Source: Octopus vulgaris
Lineage: Eukaryota
Direction: 5' to 3'
NCBI GenBank assembly: GCA_951406725.2
Contig: OX597822.1
Location: 78,244,001 to 78,308,000, forward strand
Length of the DNA stretch: 64,000 nt
Of this stretch, positions 1-13,654 are shown piece after piece. The translations under genes and the position numbers were made by a program. The notes beneath the pieces were generated by a model. That model made no database searches, was not told the DNA's origin, and saw only the letters and a program-made list of their open reading frames with translations. Positions within the stretch are counted from its first letter, which is position 1. Each line of letters starts with the position of its first letter.

Positions 1-219
1 GAATGAATTTCCTTTTGACTGATATGAAAATAGTAAATGAAGAGACATTCGGAAAATTTTGCAACACATAGATCTGCGCCTGTGGTTTCTCAAATATGAC
101 TCCCAGAGTATTGATAGAAGAAAGTGTGGCCCTTTCAGAAAATAAACACCCCAATGCTGCAGTTCGCTGTTTCATACATTTGTCACTGTCCTATGCATAA
201 AATTTCATAAATGAATAAT

Positions 220-445
220 CTTTTCTACTCTAAGCACAAGGCTCAAAATTTTGGGATTGGATCGGCCCCAGAACGCAATTGGTATTTAATTTATCGACCT
301 CGAAAGGATGAAAGGCTAAGTAGACGTCGGCGGAATTGATGAAAGGCAAAGTCAACCCCGGCGGAATTTGAACTCAGAACGTAGCGGCAGACGAAAAACC
401 GCTAAGCATTTCGCCCGGCTAACGATTCTGCCAGCTTGCCGCCTT
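220..445 (-). mobile_element. tRNA-derived SINE family A (head GGCGGCGAGCTGGCAGAATCGTTAGC; core TTCATCCTTTCGGGGTCGATAAATTAAGTACC). Further copies near 674-885(+), 6810-6995(-), 27900-28115(-), 37491-37700(+), 37725-37910(-), 43370-43605(-), 50865-51070(+)
   Basis: Many similar dispersed copies in the window; B-box-like GAGTTCAAATTCC. Boundaries approximate. Confidence 0.8.
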
Positions 446-980
446 ATCATAAATGAATAATAAATATCAAATGATGTATGATGTAAGAGAAATAATCTAA
501 CCAAGAATAGATAGCATAAGAAATATTGTATAACATTGGATTAATCAATCAATGGGCAGAGTGGCGCAGTGGAAGTGTGATTGGCCTGTCACATCAGAGA
601 TCCTGAGATCGGCTCAACATTGTGAAGAATTAAGTGCACTTTTTTTTTTTTAAATATTCATGCATCATATTAAGGCGGCAAGCTCACATAATCGTTATCA
701 TGCCAGGAAGAATGCTTAACGGCGTTTCGTCCCTCCCTACGTTCTGAGTTCAAATTCTGCCAAAGTCGACTTTGCTTTTCATCCCTTCAGGAACGATGAA
801 ATAAGTACCAGTTGAAAATTAGGGTCGATGTTATCGACTTATTCCCTCTCCCTGAAATTGCTCACCTTGTTCCAAAATTTGAAAACAACATTTATACATC
901 ACATTCCGTTATCCTTTCGGGATCGATAAATTAAGTACCATCTGAACACTGGAGTCAATGTAATCGACTTAACCTCTCCC

Positions 981-1039
<59 letters not shown>

Positions 1040-1604
1040 GTATATATATATAAAACTCAACTTGTGTGTCTGCTTGATTTTAAAACCAAAATAATTGAAT
1101 TTTGATTGAACTTCATCCAAGTTTAGCTTAATTCGCGCGTGTATAGAACGCACGAGCCGGGCAATACTGCTAGTATATATATATATAGAGAGAGAGAGAG
1201 AGGGGGGTTGGGGGAGAGAGAAAGGCAAAGAGAGAGTGAGAGGCAGAGAGAGAGAGAGAGGCACAGAGAGAGAGAGAGAGAGAGGCACACAGAGAGAGAG
1301 GGGGAAGAGAGCAGGTAAAAAAAACTTAGCTTCCATGCATGTTGAATGATCAATGTTTAAATAAAACATCAACAATTTGCCTTAAACATCGATTACTCGA
1401 CACGCATGGAAGTTAAGTTTTTTAACTGCTCTCCTCCCTCTCTCTATGTCTCTCTCTCTGAAAAAGCATGCCTTTTTCTTTCTCTCTAACTATATATATA
1501 TATATATAAATATATATAATTTCAACAATTGAGGGTAAAATTAATTAATTAATCAATTTCACCAAGTATTCAGTATACAAAGGGACCATTTAAGGCGAAT
1601 TCAA

Positions 1605-1707
1605 ATTATTACATTATATAAAAAGGCTTAGTAAAATAAATTACTTTGCCGCATACAGTATGCGGCAAAGTAATTTATTTTACTAAGCCCTTTTATATAA
1701 TGTAATA

Positions 1708-1709
<2 letters not shown>
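1605..1709. repeat. Near-perfect palindrome: 52-bp arms, 1 mismatch, 1-nt centre at 1657
   Basis: Direct base-pair check: ...ttactttgccgcatac A gtatgcggcaaagtaa... Confidence 0.95.
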
Positions 1710-1761
<52 letters not shown>

Positions 1762-1879
1762 CATACACACACACAATATGGGGGTTTAACTCACTGGTGA
1801 GCCAAACGAATACGTACCCTGGGTAAGTGGTGTAACGGATTATCAGGGTTCCAAGCTCGTAACTGAGATGGGAGGGAGA

Positions 1880-2090
1880 AGTAAAAAATTATTCACACTT
1901 TCGCCATAGCATATCTTTTTTTATTTTTACATTGCTTTCTGCTCATACGTGCTTATAGTTCGTACTATTTGGGTCACGTGATCGAAGTGTGAGCTTAATC
2001 GCACCATTTTTCTTTCTGATTTTACAGTGTAAGCATGGCCATTCCACTAGCAATGTGCACCAAAGCAGAACAAAAAGCAGTAATTGGAGA
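1880..2090 (+). mobile_element. mariner-type transposon 5' fragment
   Basis: ATG at 2035 gives MAIPLAMCTKAEQKAVI, resembling mariner transposase N-termini (CTKxEQRxVI); truncated. Confidence 0.5.
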
Positions 2091-2279
2091 GACGGTAAAG
2101 GTGAACTGGTTCACCATTACCATCTCTCGAGTTTTCTGAACCTTCTTGTCAGCGGTGGAGGTTGACGGGCGCTATATCTGGGGGCTATATCTTGAAAATA
2201 CGCCGGCCCAATAGTTTCCCTTCATAGCAGAATTAATAGTCAAGACTATTTAAGCATTTTATCTGATCAAATACATCCT

Positions 2280-2673
2280 TTGATTGCGGAAATGTTTCCG
2301 GAGGGAAACGCAATCTTTCAGGGTGATAATGCACCAATGCACACAGGTAAAGTTGATACTGAGTGGCACAAGGAACATTCTAGTGAAGTTGAACATCTTA
2401 TCTGGCCACCACAGTCTCCAGATCTCAATATTATTAAACATTTATGGTGCATTTTAGAAACACAAGTAAGGAGTCGATATTCTCCACCATCATCACTACA
2501 AGAACTGGAGACTGTTTTAGCTGAAGAATGGACAAAAATTCATTTGGAAACAATTCAAACTTTGTACGAGTCCATACTTTGTAGAATTCATACTGCTACA
2601 GGCGGTCCTCCTCCATATTAAGATAAATTTGTTTGAAATTTTTAGGTGTTTCCATTATTTTGTCCAACTCCTG
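2280..2673 (+). mobile_element. Tc1-family (DD34E) transposase 3' fragment with right terminus
   Basis: IFQGDNAPMH and WPPQSPDLNIIKHLW motifs; ends tccattattttgtccaactcctg followed by TA. Confidence 0.9.
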
Positions 2674-2700
2674 TATATCAATGTCTATATGAATGGCTGC

Positions 2701-2770
<70 letters not shown>

Positions 2771-3435
2771 ATTCAATGAGAATGTTTATGTGAACGCATG
2801 TGTGTGCGTATACACGCGTGGATAGGCGTGGAAACATTTTTCTATTTGTCGTGTGCGAGTGTATCGAATGCGTGTATCAAGTATGTATTTATGTATGTAT
2901 GTAAATGTATGTGTGTATGTAAGTATGTATGTATGTAAGTATGTTTGTATGTATGTATGGATGGATGGATGTGAGTGTGTGTGTATGTATATAGATTTAT
3001 ATATATGTATGTGTGCATGTAGATATATATGTATGTGCATGTAGATATATATGTATGTGTGCATGTAGATATATGTATATATATATGTATGTGAGTGTGT
3101 GTGTACGTATGTATATAGATACATATATATATATATGTACGTATGTATGTACGTATGTATGAATCTATGTATGTATGAATCAATGTATGTATGTACGTAT
3201 GTATGTATGTACGTACGTATGTATTTATTTATGTATTCTTATGTATATATATATGTGTGTGTATGTATGCAGTAATGCTTTTGTGTGCGTGTGTGTGTGT
3301 GTGCGTGTGTGTGTGTGTGTGCGTGTGTGTGTGTATGCGTGTGTGTGTGTGTGTGTGTGCGTGCGTGCGCGCGCTCGTTCATATTAAGTATTTATGCGAG
3401 CAGATGCATGTGTTTATGCGGGTGCGTGTGTGAGA
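2701..3435. repeat. Compound (GT)n/(GTAT)n microsatellite field; comparable fields at about 5925-6390, 11125-11200, 12735-12880, 19650-20400, 22720-23230, 23740-24065, 28700-29175, 31720-32230
   Basis: Direct reading. Confidence 0.95.
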
Positions 3436-4148
3436 ATGAATGCGTCAGAAACTTAACCTTTCCGCTTGTTTAAGTTATTCAGTAATTGTCGACGGTGGAA
3501 ATGACACGGTTCTATGTTGTCATATTGAGAAAGATCTCAGACAAAAGGACAGCCAGGCCAGACACGATGCAATATGGAAATTGCAAAGTAAAAAATATAT
3601 AAATTACATATTGTTAATTAATAATAAAGGTCATTAATTTAGGGTGGGGGTACGGGGTTATTAAATAACTACCTTGTTTTTTTTACTCGTTTCAGTCATT
3701 AGACTGCGGCCATGCTGGGGCACTGCCCTGAAGGGGTTTTTGTCGAACAAATTATTTTCTTTAGGTTTGTTACTAATTCGATCGATCCCTATTTCTGAAT
3801 CACTAAATTACGTGGATGTAAATAGACTAACACCAGTTGCCAAGCTGGTTAGGAAACAGCACCATGCACAAATGCACACATACATATACATAAATACATG
3901 TACATACATATTATATATATATATATATATATATCATGGAACACCATGATAGATCGTTAGCTCCTACACGCATTTTTTCTCTCCTTGTTTCTCTCCTTGT
4001 TTTTTTCCTGTGTATCTTTCTGTCGAAGAGCGTAGGCACGAAACGTAAAAGACTTGTTCTATTTCTATTCCTGAGCGCCATACTAATACATTTGTTTGTT
4101 TGTACTTCACCTGCCTTCGTCTTTTGTTTATTTTCGTAAACCTTCCCG

Positions 4149-4184
<36 letters not shown>

Positions 4185-4224
4185 GCAGCGTGAAAGGTGT
4201 TTATAACCCATTTAAAAACACACG

Positions 4225-5630
4225 AAAACCGTTAGAAATGAATGGAAGGGAACTTCCTTTTCTAGATATTTTGGAGATTAAGGAAAATGAATCTGTTACA
4301 AACGATCTATATTGCGAAAACACGGATATATACCATTACTTAGATTTTAGATCTTACCACCAATCTCATATTAAAAATTTCCACTTAATATGGAAAATAG
4401 GTATGTTCTGCTGTTCCGGACACAAATAGACAAAAGAAATGACTGGTAGAACTAAAACTATTCTTTCGGGAACAAAAATAGCTTGAATACTTAGGAAGTC
4501 TTACCACGATGAAGCAAAAGAGATCCTAATTTCTGTCTTACGGAGAAACGTTCACTACATATTACATTTGTAATCACCCATGATCCCAGAGATCATAACA
4601 TTTTACACCCATCCAGGTGACACTTGCCAACTCTAAACCAATCATCAAATCTCGGGAAAATAATAACCACAAACTATCAACAGCCGAAGACAACCACCAA
4701 GTCTAAAAAGGCTCTCCTCTTCGCAAACGCGAAATTCACATCAGAATAAATAACACGATGTGGAGATATTTGTTGTGAGACGCGTGAATTAATTGAACAG
4801 GAAAAGACTTAAAAACGAAAAAAGAAAGAATGGAAAGAAAATGATAGTTAATGCAAACATGAATTTAAAAACAAAAAATCTCATTCGCTGCATCACAAGC
4901 CTACGGTATAATGAAAATTATGTCGGCTAAACAGGATCAAAGTCAATTTATTGGGTCAGGGTACATAAGCAACAAATCAAGGATATATCTCTTAGAAATT
5001 CTTCCAATTAGTGGACGTCTAGACCAGAGGTCGCCAAAGGGGTCCGACAGACCCCCTAGGGGTCAGCGTGGAATTACAGATGCCGATGATAGCCAAGGGG
5101 TCGAATGGGGGTCGGTGTGCGAAAGACCAGCTCACCCAGATGAACTGCTTGAAATACTTAGTTAGCGCTATGCTCATCCCTCGCATTTATGTTGCCAATT
5201 TCAGTGAAAGATATTCCAGCAATATGATGTGCTTTCACATTTTCTAACCGTGAAAACAGTTTCATAAAAATTAAAAGTTTAATACTGTATACTCGTACAC
5301 GTAGTTTTAAATGCAAAAAGTGTGTCCTCTTCAATAGAATTTCTTAATTTGTCGTACATGTATATTTTAGCTAACATTTTAATTGCCAGCATCAGTACCA
5401 GGTATGCATTCAGGATATGGTACGGTAGGGTAGGGTACTAAGATATTTTAAATGAGGGTGGTCGATGTGGAAGTAGAAGTGACTAAAAGGGTTCGATGCG
5501 GAAGGAGAAATAGCTAAAGGGGGTCAATGCGGTAGGAGAAATGGCTAAAGGAGGTTGATGGTCGAAAAAGTTTGGCAACTCCTGATCTAGACATTTGTGC
5601 AAATGAAAATTTCAAAATATCTCTTACTTT
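4225..5630 (+). mobile_element. Penelope-like retroelement relic (RT C-terminal part and GIY-YIG region), interrupted by a hAT MITE
   Basis: ELPFLDIL...DLYCENTDIYHYLDFRSYHQSH; INSRRQPPSLK; NLIRCIT..ENYVG; reading resumes LDICANENFKI after the MITE; many stops and frameshifts. Confidence 0.7.
5025..5584. mobile_element. hAT (Charlie-like) non-autonomous element
   Basis: Imperfect TIRs CAGAGGTCGCCAAA / TTTGGCAACTCCTG; 8-bp TSD gTCTAGAC / aTCTAGAC; about 30-bp subterminal tandem repeats at 5455-5560. Confidence 0.8.
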
Positions 5631-6095
5631 TTCGAAGTTTTCATCTACCAAATCTTTGGTCAATCTGGGACTATAGAAAAAAATAGTTGCCCAAGGCACC
5701 GCGCAATGAGACTGAACCTGGAACCATGTGGTTCAGGAGCAAGTTTCAGCTCATTTTCGTATTACTTTCGATGTAATTTTCTTATAGATAAAATTCAAAC
5801 CTACTTAGGGTTTGTTTATCTATGCACGAATGCACGATTAGATTTAGAGCAGTGAATTGCCAATATTCCGCTAATATATCTGTTTGTACGTCTCTGCATA
5901 AACACACGTACGTATACTTTTAGGTGTGTGTGTGTGTGTGTGTGTGTGGACGTGTATGTGTGTGCATGCATAAGCATAAGCATGTGCGTATACATATATA
6001 ACATACACAACATACATACGTATGTACGTGCATATATATATATGTATATATATATACACACACACACAGAGAGGTAAAAGTTGTTTTTCGTATAT

Positions 6096-6141
<46 letters not shown>

Positions 6142-6266
6142 GCTTAAAACTTATAAACTTGTTTATTTTCGCAAGATTAAAACCACAACATGCGCATAGT
6201 CAACATAGTACGATATTCGACTCAAACACGAACATTCACACGCATCAGTTCATTCATATTTCTATC

Positions 6267-6311
<45 letters not shown>

Positions 6312-7030
6312 GCACACATATATACACAGCTTTATATGTGTGTATGTGTGTGTACATACAAATATATATTTGTGTGTGTGTGTGTGTGTGTACATAACAA
6401 TATGCATGTATGTAGGTACGCATGCATGTATGTCAACTGTATTTTGATTTTATAACATCGACATATTAACCCGTGCAGATACTAACCAACTCTGCCATGG
6501 CTTGACTTATACTCCTCTATTGCTAAAACTTTTCATCCAGCGATTAGGTGGTCCACTGTTCTAATCTCGTCATTACCGAATCAGCACTTTGGTTATACTC
6601 AATTTTTCCTCATATTGGCTTGGCAGTTCCGGGTCCGTAAGCTTTGATCTTGAAGCAGCTAAGACACAGCCTTTGCTGCCTTTAGCCCTGAGCTCGTAGT
6701 GATTGATGAGTGCGCTTCTGGTCAACATCAACTTGTTTGCGACGGCCCACATGTTTGCCTTGCAGAGGTTTCTGCTCCCACCTACTACCAGTATTATTAA
6801 TGTGGTTAATGTATATTGGCACAAGGCCAGTAATTTGGGGGGGGGGTAGAGTTAAGTTGATTACGTCGATCCCAGTGTTTAATTGGGATGGAAAACAAAG
6901 TTTACCTCGGTGCCATTTTAACTCAGAACGTAAAGACGGACGAAATGCTTCAAAGTATTTTGTCCGGCTAGCTAACGATTCTGCCACCTCGCCCCTTTGT
7001 TATTATTAATGTATATTAATGCGTATGTAT

Positions 7031-7375
7031 ATACTAGCTGTTGGACCCAGCGGTGTTCGTGTTTTCCGTGTTGAAGTTAAGCCCACTTCTGACCTTGTAT
7101 TGAATAAGCATTTCCTAAGGGACTATTCTATTGATTTTGTTGAAATTTTTTTACGTGAAAAAAAGCAAAAGCTGCAGGAAAAATAGCATCGTTATGGGAA
7201 TTTCTATTCAAATGCCCGATTGAGCTCACTAAAATCGATGCAAACTGAGCATTATCGAGTTTTCGAAAAATTCTGGCCTTATTTGAACTTCGGGGCATGT
7301 GATCTACCTATGTGCCAAAAATCATTAAAAGAGGTTGGACGGTGCGGGAGGAGTTAGAGTAATCCCAAACACACA
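7031..7375 (+). mobile_element. Possible non-autonomous Helitron-like element
   Basis: Starts atactagctgttggacccagcgg and ends ggaggagttagagt..cacacac; resemblance only. Confidence 0.3.
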
Positions 7376-9562
7376 CCATTACACATTAACATGTACAAAT
7401 ATACGAGTGTATACGTAAATGTATACGTATTTATTTCTTTGCACATGTGTCAGTGTATATGTGGGCGTGCATTTTGATATGTATGTGCGCATTATACTTC
7501 CTAGATGCCTTTTATTCTCTTTTATTAATTACAATTCAAGAATTCCCATAAATTTTCCATATGCATCTATACATATAATTGCACAAAGACGCACACAAAC
7601 ATATACGCGCATGCACCAGCGAAGGCACATACAAACACTCACACATAGATATCGTGGTCTACTATAATGCATTTATAAAAATGTGCTATTGAGAATTATC
7701 TTTTAATCTTTACAATATTTCTTTTCATTTTTGCGTTGTTGAACGCAACAATCAATAGATTAATTATCGAACATCTTGTAGAAATACATTTACGTGTATA
7801 TATTATGGCATATGTTATGTACTCATTGTAATTTATCTGAAATACACTGGAATCATAAAAATCCAAAACGCGGTTTTGTTCGTTCGTTCGGTCGGTTGTA
7901 CATATTGTACAGGAAAGTAATGTGCTGGACATGCCTTTCAATTACATCCGTTAGTGGAACCCTGGTTCGACAGTTCCATGGATTTTAGAAACGTAGAACC
8001 ACCTCTCAGTCACTATTGTGTTACTCTGACCTGGAGCAGCAGCACCTGTCAAGGGGGCCCAGCTAGCGATTAATTAGTATGACGCAGAATTGTATCCGAA
8101 AGGAGGTCACTCACAGACACCCTAACAGACCCCGGGCAAATAAAGCCCTTCTTCTGTTTGGCTGCTCAACTAAGAGAAGGTAAATCCATACAAATCCTGC
8201 CTCCTGATATCTACTGAGCTTGGGGTACTTGTCGCACCAGACCAATACAAGTTTGAAGGACAAATGAATGGCACTGGCTCTGCATAATCTATACCCCTTG
8301 TAGTTATAAAGTCCTGCTGCATTGTGGGGCAATAAACTCCAATAGAAAGGCAGACTTATACGGTTATATTTAACTAATATCTACCATCTTTTCCAGCTCC
8401 ATGGGTGCTGCAGATATATTGACTTGTCTTCTTTCGTAGCGTATCGATGAGTGGAGAAGTGGTAAGTTTACCTGGGGCTTGGTAGTTGCTTCTGGAAACC
8501 GCCCAGGCATAATAGAGGCAGTTTATGTTACCGTATCTGCAATACCATCAACCTACGATGAAAAAGCAATGTGGTAATTCTTGTTGGTGTGAGCGATATT
8601 CCCCATTGAAGTTGTTTGTCATGTCTCAAGTGAAATTCTTATAAAATTATTTGGGTATGTGTCGGCAAGTCGAAATTAGTGAAGTATTTTTATGTAAGGC
8701 AGAGTTAGGAGGGTGAATGATGTGCAGATTCTCTGTGACGCAGAAGTGGAAGGACTTAGGAAAAATTTCTTGGTTGCCTCTACCTCGTTTAACACTGCCC
8801 ATGAAATGCCAGTGGTCCCGAGAAATAGTTATAGTGCTGGGTTTGAAGAATCTTGAAACAATGCTCTGAAAATACTACGTAGCTTGTCGATAAACTGCGG
8901 TGAGAGACAGTATCTCGATGTACGTTGGGTTTTTTTCATTCTGAGGATTTACTTTTTAGTAGACAAATCACTACGTCTCAAGAGTTGCATGTCAGTTCCC
9001 TCTATCTATATTTGGTATTAGACATGTTTTCTGTAAGGCTATAAAACACCTTTATGATGTTTCCGTTAAACGACTTGGAAAATTTTTATGTCTCTGCAAA
9101 ACCAATTCTTACTACTGCGCTAGTTACGCCTATTGAGGCAGAAACGTGTAATCATTGTCGTCCTAGACAAACAGACATTGTTCTTTAGCGTCATATCAGT
9201 TTCAAAGAATTCCATATTCGTTAGATTATCTCGTTTCTCAGTTAGAGTTGATCACAATCACCAAGAGGTATTTGTTTACTTTTCTCTCGAAGGGAAAATA
9301 GTTTCAATAAATCAAGAGTTTAGCACGTTTGGTATTCAATATAACTTAGTTCTTCTTTATTGCCAATATTCATGTCACTGGGCTCTACGTTTTTACTCCT
9401 TCTGCATGTGTCTAAGTCTCACATCTGCTGGATCCAAGTTAGAACCACTATGAGTTGATGATGCGTGTCGAGATAGAAAAACGTGTCCACAGTTGTCCTT
9501 GCGTCTCCACAAATAGACAGACAGACAGATAGACGAACAGACAGACAGCCAGGCTGGTAGGC

Positions 9563-9637
<75 letters not shown>

Positions 9638-9831
9638 TGCGCGGTCTTCCACACAGCTTTCGTCTTCCAGATTTACTCACAAGACAATATTCAGGCTGTG
9701 CAGCGAGAGATTGAACCTAAAACCACATTGTGGCAAAGCGGGCATCTTAACTATGCAACCCAATGCCTATATTAGTTCCACAGTATCATGCGTGTTTGTG
9801 TTCATATCTGCACATTTGTGTATGCATCTGA

Positions 9832-9863
<32 letters not shown>

Positions 9864-10121
9864 TTGGGTCATTTCTAGCATACGCTTGATAATAGATCTA
9901 AATTTTCGGCTGGAGATACAAGTGCCGTAGCTTTCCCATGAGATGTACGTCACAGCCCTGCACACATCTGATTAGATTGCAACATTGATTGTAATTAGAG
10001 CGTCTTATATGATGATTAAAGCTAAAGCTAACGTTATCTTTTATCGCTTACTTATGTCAGTTATTACACTACGGCCATGTTGGGGGACTGCATTGAAGGG
10101 TTTAGTGACAAAAATTTTAGG

Positions 10122-10395
10122 TAGTGGTTCTCAACCGGACTCCGTATGACCCTTGGTGGGACCATATAAGTTTTTATTGTTAAAATTTATGTGCAATAAA
10201 TCAATATTTCTCCAATACACAAAATATTTTAGTGTCTTTTATACAGTTCCTAATAATATTTAATTATAAAAACAGTCAGATTTTCATATATATATATATA
10301 TACAGTGAATGGCTGTGGAGCTCCGGTGGAGCAGAATAGGAATAAAAGGGGTCCATGGGCAAAAAGAAAAACCAGAAAACGGTTAAAAACCACTG
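10122..10395. mobile_element. hAT-Charlie-type MITE nested in a SINE B copy; similar element at 59789-59996
   Basis: TIR-like ends TAGTGGTTCTCAACCG / CGGTTAAAAACCACTG. Confidence 0.65.
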
Positions 10396-11144
10396 ATTTG
10401 GGAGAACAAATCCATCCCGGTATTTATTTATCTTTTTTTATCACTAGTACTTATTCTATCGGTTGCTTTTGCCGGACTACTAGGTTATGGGGACGTAAGG
10501 AAACCAACACCGCTTGCCAAGTGGTGATGGGAGACGAACAGAAAAACGCTCTCACAGATACACAGATACACACACAGATGTGTGTGCGCGCGCGCATATT
10601 CATATGACGGGATTCCACACAGTTTCCTTCTGGCAAATTCACTCACAAAGCATTGATCAGTTTGAGACCATAGTAGAGAGCACTTGGTCAAGATACCGCG
10701 CAGTGGGACTGAACCCGGAACCAAGTGGTTAAAAAGTGAGCTTCTTAACTACACAGCATGCCTGTGCCTTTGAAAATTGAATAAATTCATTTAAGAGTAT
10801 CTTTCATCTTGCGTTGATTCGGTGGTATTTTTTTTAATGGTTCCAGTTTGATATATAAACTAATGTTTGTTTTCGAAGAAAGTAAGAGAATAAACCCGTC
10901 CCTAAGTGGGGGGGGGGGTCTTTCATCTTTGAATATCTTTATCAGCAGATGTTGACGAAGGATGACAGATAGTAATTATACGTATAAGGGTTGTTTATAC
11001 TGATGCACAAATGTATACGCATATACATATGCATATGTAAGAAGGAAGAAGGCGGCAGACGAAGAGTGTTTTGCAGATGTTGGCAAATCCTCATATGTAT
11101 TCAAATGTGTGTGTACCTTTCTGATTGTGTGTGCGTGTGTGTGT

Positions 11145-11200
<56 letters not shown>

Positions 11201-11379
11201 TAGCCGAAGGGTTATACCATCAGACAGATTTCCTCGAGACACTCGTTCTAATTATCCGTGCTCCGTGTTCAAATGCCGGCAACAGTTTTTCCATTCGTCT
11301 TCAGGATTCGATAAACAGAGACCCAGTCGCTTCTTCTCTTTCATTCCCTTCTTCCGAATCTCTCTCCCTCTCTCTCTCT

Positions 11380-12730
11380 CTCTCTCTTTCCGTCAGTCAA
11401 AACATGACACAGATCTTATCAAAGTTAATAAGGACTTAGTAGAAAATTTTGTCTACAGGTTTTCTTCCCAAAACAAATATAACGAAACTCCTTGTAAAAA
11501 ATTTTTTAAAAGGCAATAAACTTCCAAAGAACTGAAATATACAGTTTGAGGAATATATAATTTGTCTGAAAAGATCTGCAAACGCAAACATTCCAGCAAG
11601 CTGTGTAAATGCAAAGATTACAAAGGAAGAGCAAAAGGCATTAGAATGTCTACAGAAACTTTTCATTGAAGAAGCTGACAAATGAGGAGCTATTGTAACA
11701 ATAGACAAGACCCATTACAGGGAAATGATTTCGAAACAACCAAATGACATTTCTACAAAAACGTTAGAAACTAAAGCAGACAATGAAAAATTTGGTAAAT
11801 CAACTAACAAGTTCAAAAATATTTTAGCGGAAAATAGATCGGATTACTTAATTAATTTTGAGGTAAGTTTTATAGACTACTAAAAACCAACAGATCTAAA
11901 GAAGCCAATAACAGCTTAAAGGAACTCCAAACACTATGAGTAAAGATTCCTGAACTGTTTGATTAAGATCTACGTCCACACAGGATCGATTAACATTTAA
12001 ACAGTTTACGTGATATAATTTTGAAACCATGGTGCAAATTTATACATAGAGTTCCTAAACCATGTTCCATAAAGAGTGAATTTAGAAACTATCATAGTTT
12101 CGATTTGACCAGCCTTTACAAAAATATCCCTCATGGATTGGGAATTAGAGGCAGTAGAATTCTGGATAGACAAATACTTACACAGTATTCAGTAGAACTC
12201 CGGGTAGACAAATACCTTCACAGAATTCTGGAGGGATTCCCAAAGGAATTTCTACTTGAAGGATTACAGTTGCGGCAAGAAAATAGCTGCTTCTTCTTTG
12301 CTGACCAATAAAAAGGGTAAAGACTCCCTTTAGTCATGAATGACCATGGGATTGCACCTGAAAAGTTACCCTCCGAGGCACAAGTCCGAGCAAGGTTGTT
12401 TGTGAAAGACCAGCAGTCACCCACCGATACAGACTGGCACCTTTGACGTCTCAACTAATTTCTACAGCTGAGTGGACTGGAGCAACGCGAAATAAAGTGT
12501 GTTGCTGAAGAATACAACATACAGCCCGGATAAGGAATTGAACTCACTACCTCATGATTGTGAGCCAGACACTCTAACCACTTAACCTACCTTCGAATAC
12601 GAGAGACAGCAATGGTGACGAGAGTTGCACCAACGTTTACAACACTAGTAGTAAGGTTCCTTGAAAAAATTATCTTTGCCCTTTCCGGAATTTCTTTTTC
12701 AGCATGTTCAATCTTATTCTAAAGGGAATT
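11380..12730 (+). mobile_element. Penelope-like RT relic split by a SINE insertion (about 12316-12587)
   Basis: EEADK*GAIVTIDKTHY, SFDLTSLYKNIPHGLG, FFFADQ, then after the SINE YLRIRETAMVTRVAPTF (degenerate GTAMGT..AP motif). Confidence 0.75.
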
Positions 12731-12732
12731 CG

Positions 12733-12878
<146 letters not shown>

Positions 12879-13161
12879 TTGTTGGCGTATTAAAACGAGG
12901 AATGATTCATTTTTGGAATTGCCTCTCGAAGAAAATATAAATACATAAATTATAGTGAGTAAATATGTAAATATTGTGTTGAAATAGAGATGAACACTAT
13001 TTCTCCATGTGATCGGCTTGAAAATTTGAGATATTAAGATATTTTTCTAAACATGAAACCAGCAGTAGCCTAAATACACAAATAAAAAAATTCTATCCAC
13101 CAATAGTGTTAAACACTCATTTTCATCGTTCAACATATACGTATATATATATATGCATGTA

Positions 13162-13192
<31 letters not shown>

Positions 13193-13654
13193 GCATGTAT
13201 ATATATGGATAGATAAAGTCAAAGGCTGCTCGTGGAAGTCTTCGACTTTTTCTATCTAACAGGGCTTTTCAACACAATATTTACATGCTATTACCTATAG
13301 TTCTATGTGCATTTGGAGAAGCAATTACACGTAAAATCATATATATATATATATATATATAATTTTAATCCAAACGGGAAACAAAAAAACAACAACAAGG
13401 GAACAATTACAGTATTATTATTAATAGGCGCTCAGGAAATGGAAGCAGGGAGGTATGACGTTTCGAGCGGAGCTCTTCGTCGGAAACATAAAGAGGAAGA
13501 GAGAGGAAAGAAAGATCCCGGAGCGGGCAACGGAGATAGAGAAAAAAACGGCTGGTGTTAGCAGTAGCACATGGTGAAAGGCGGATGTTTACGATAACAA
13601 GAGCAAAGTGGGTTTTTAAAGGCAAAAGAGTGGAGACAAGGTTGGTAACGCAAC

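Noticed and set aside
7960-9420. Complex non-microsatellite sequence, possibly coding
   Set aside because: No sustained ORF or motif that I can recognise; probably an old repeat, left unassigned
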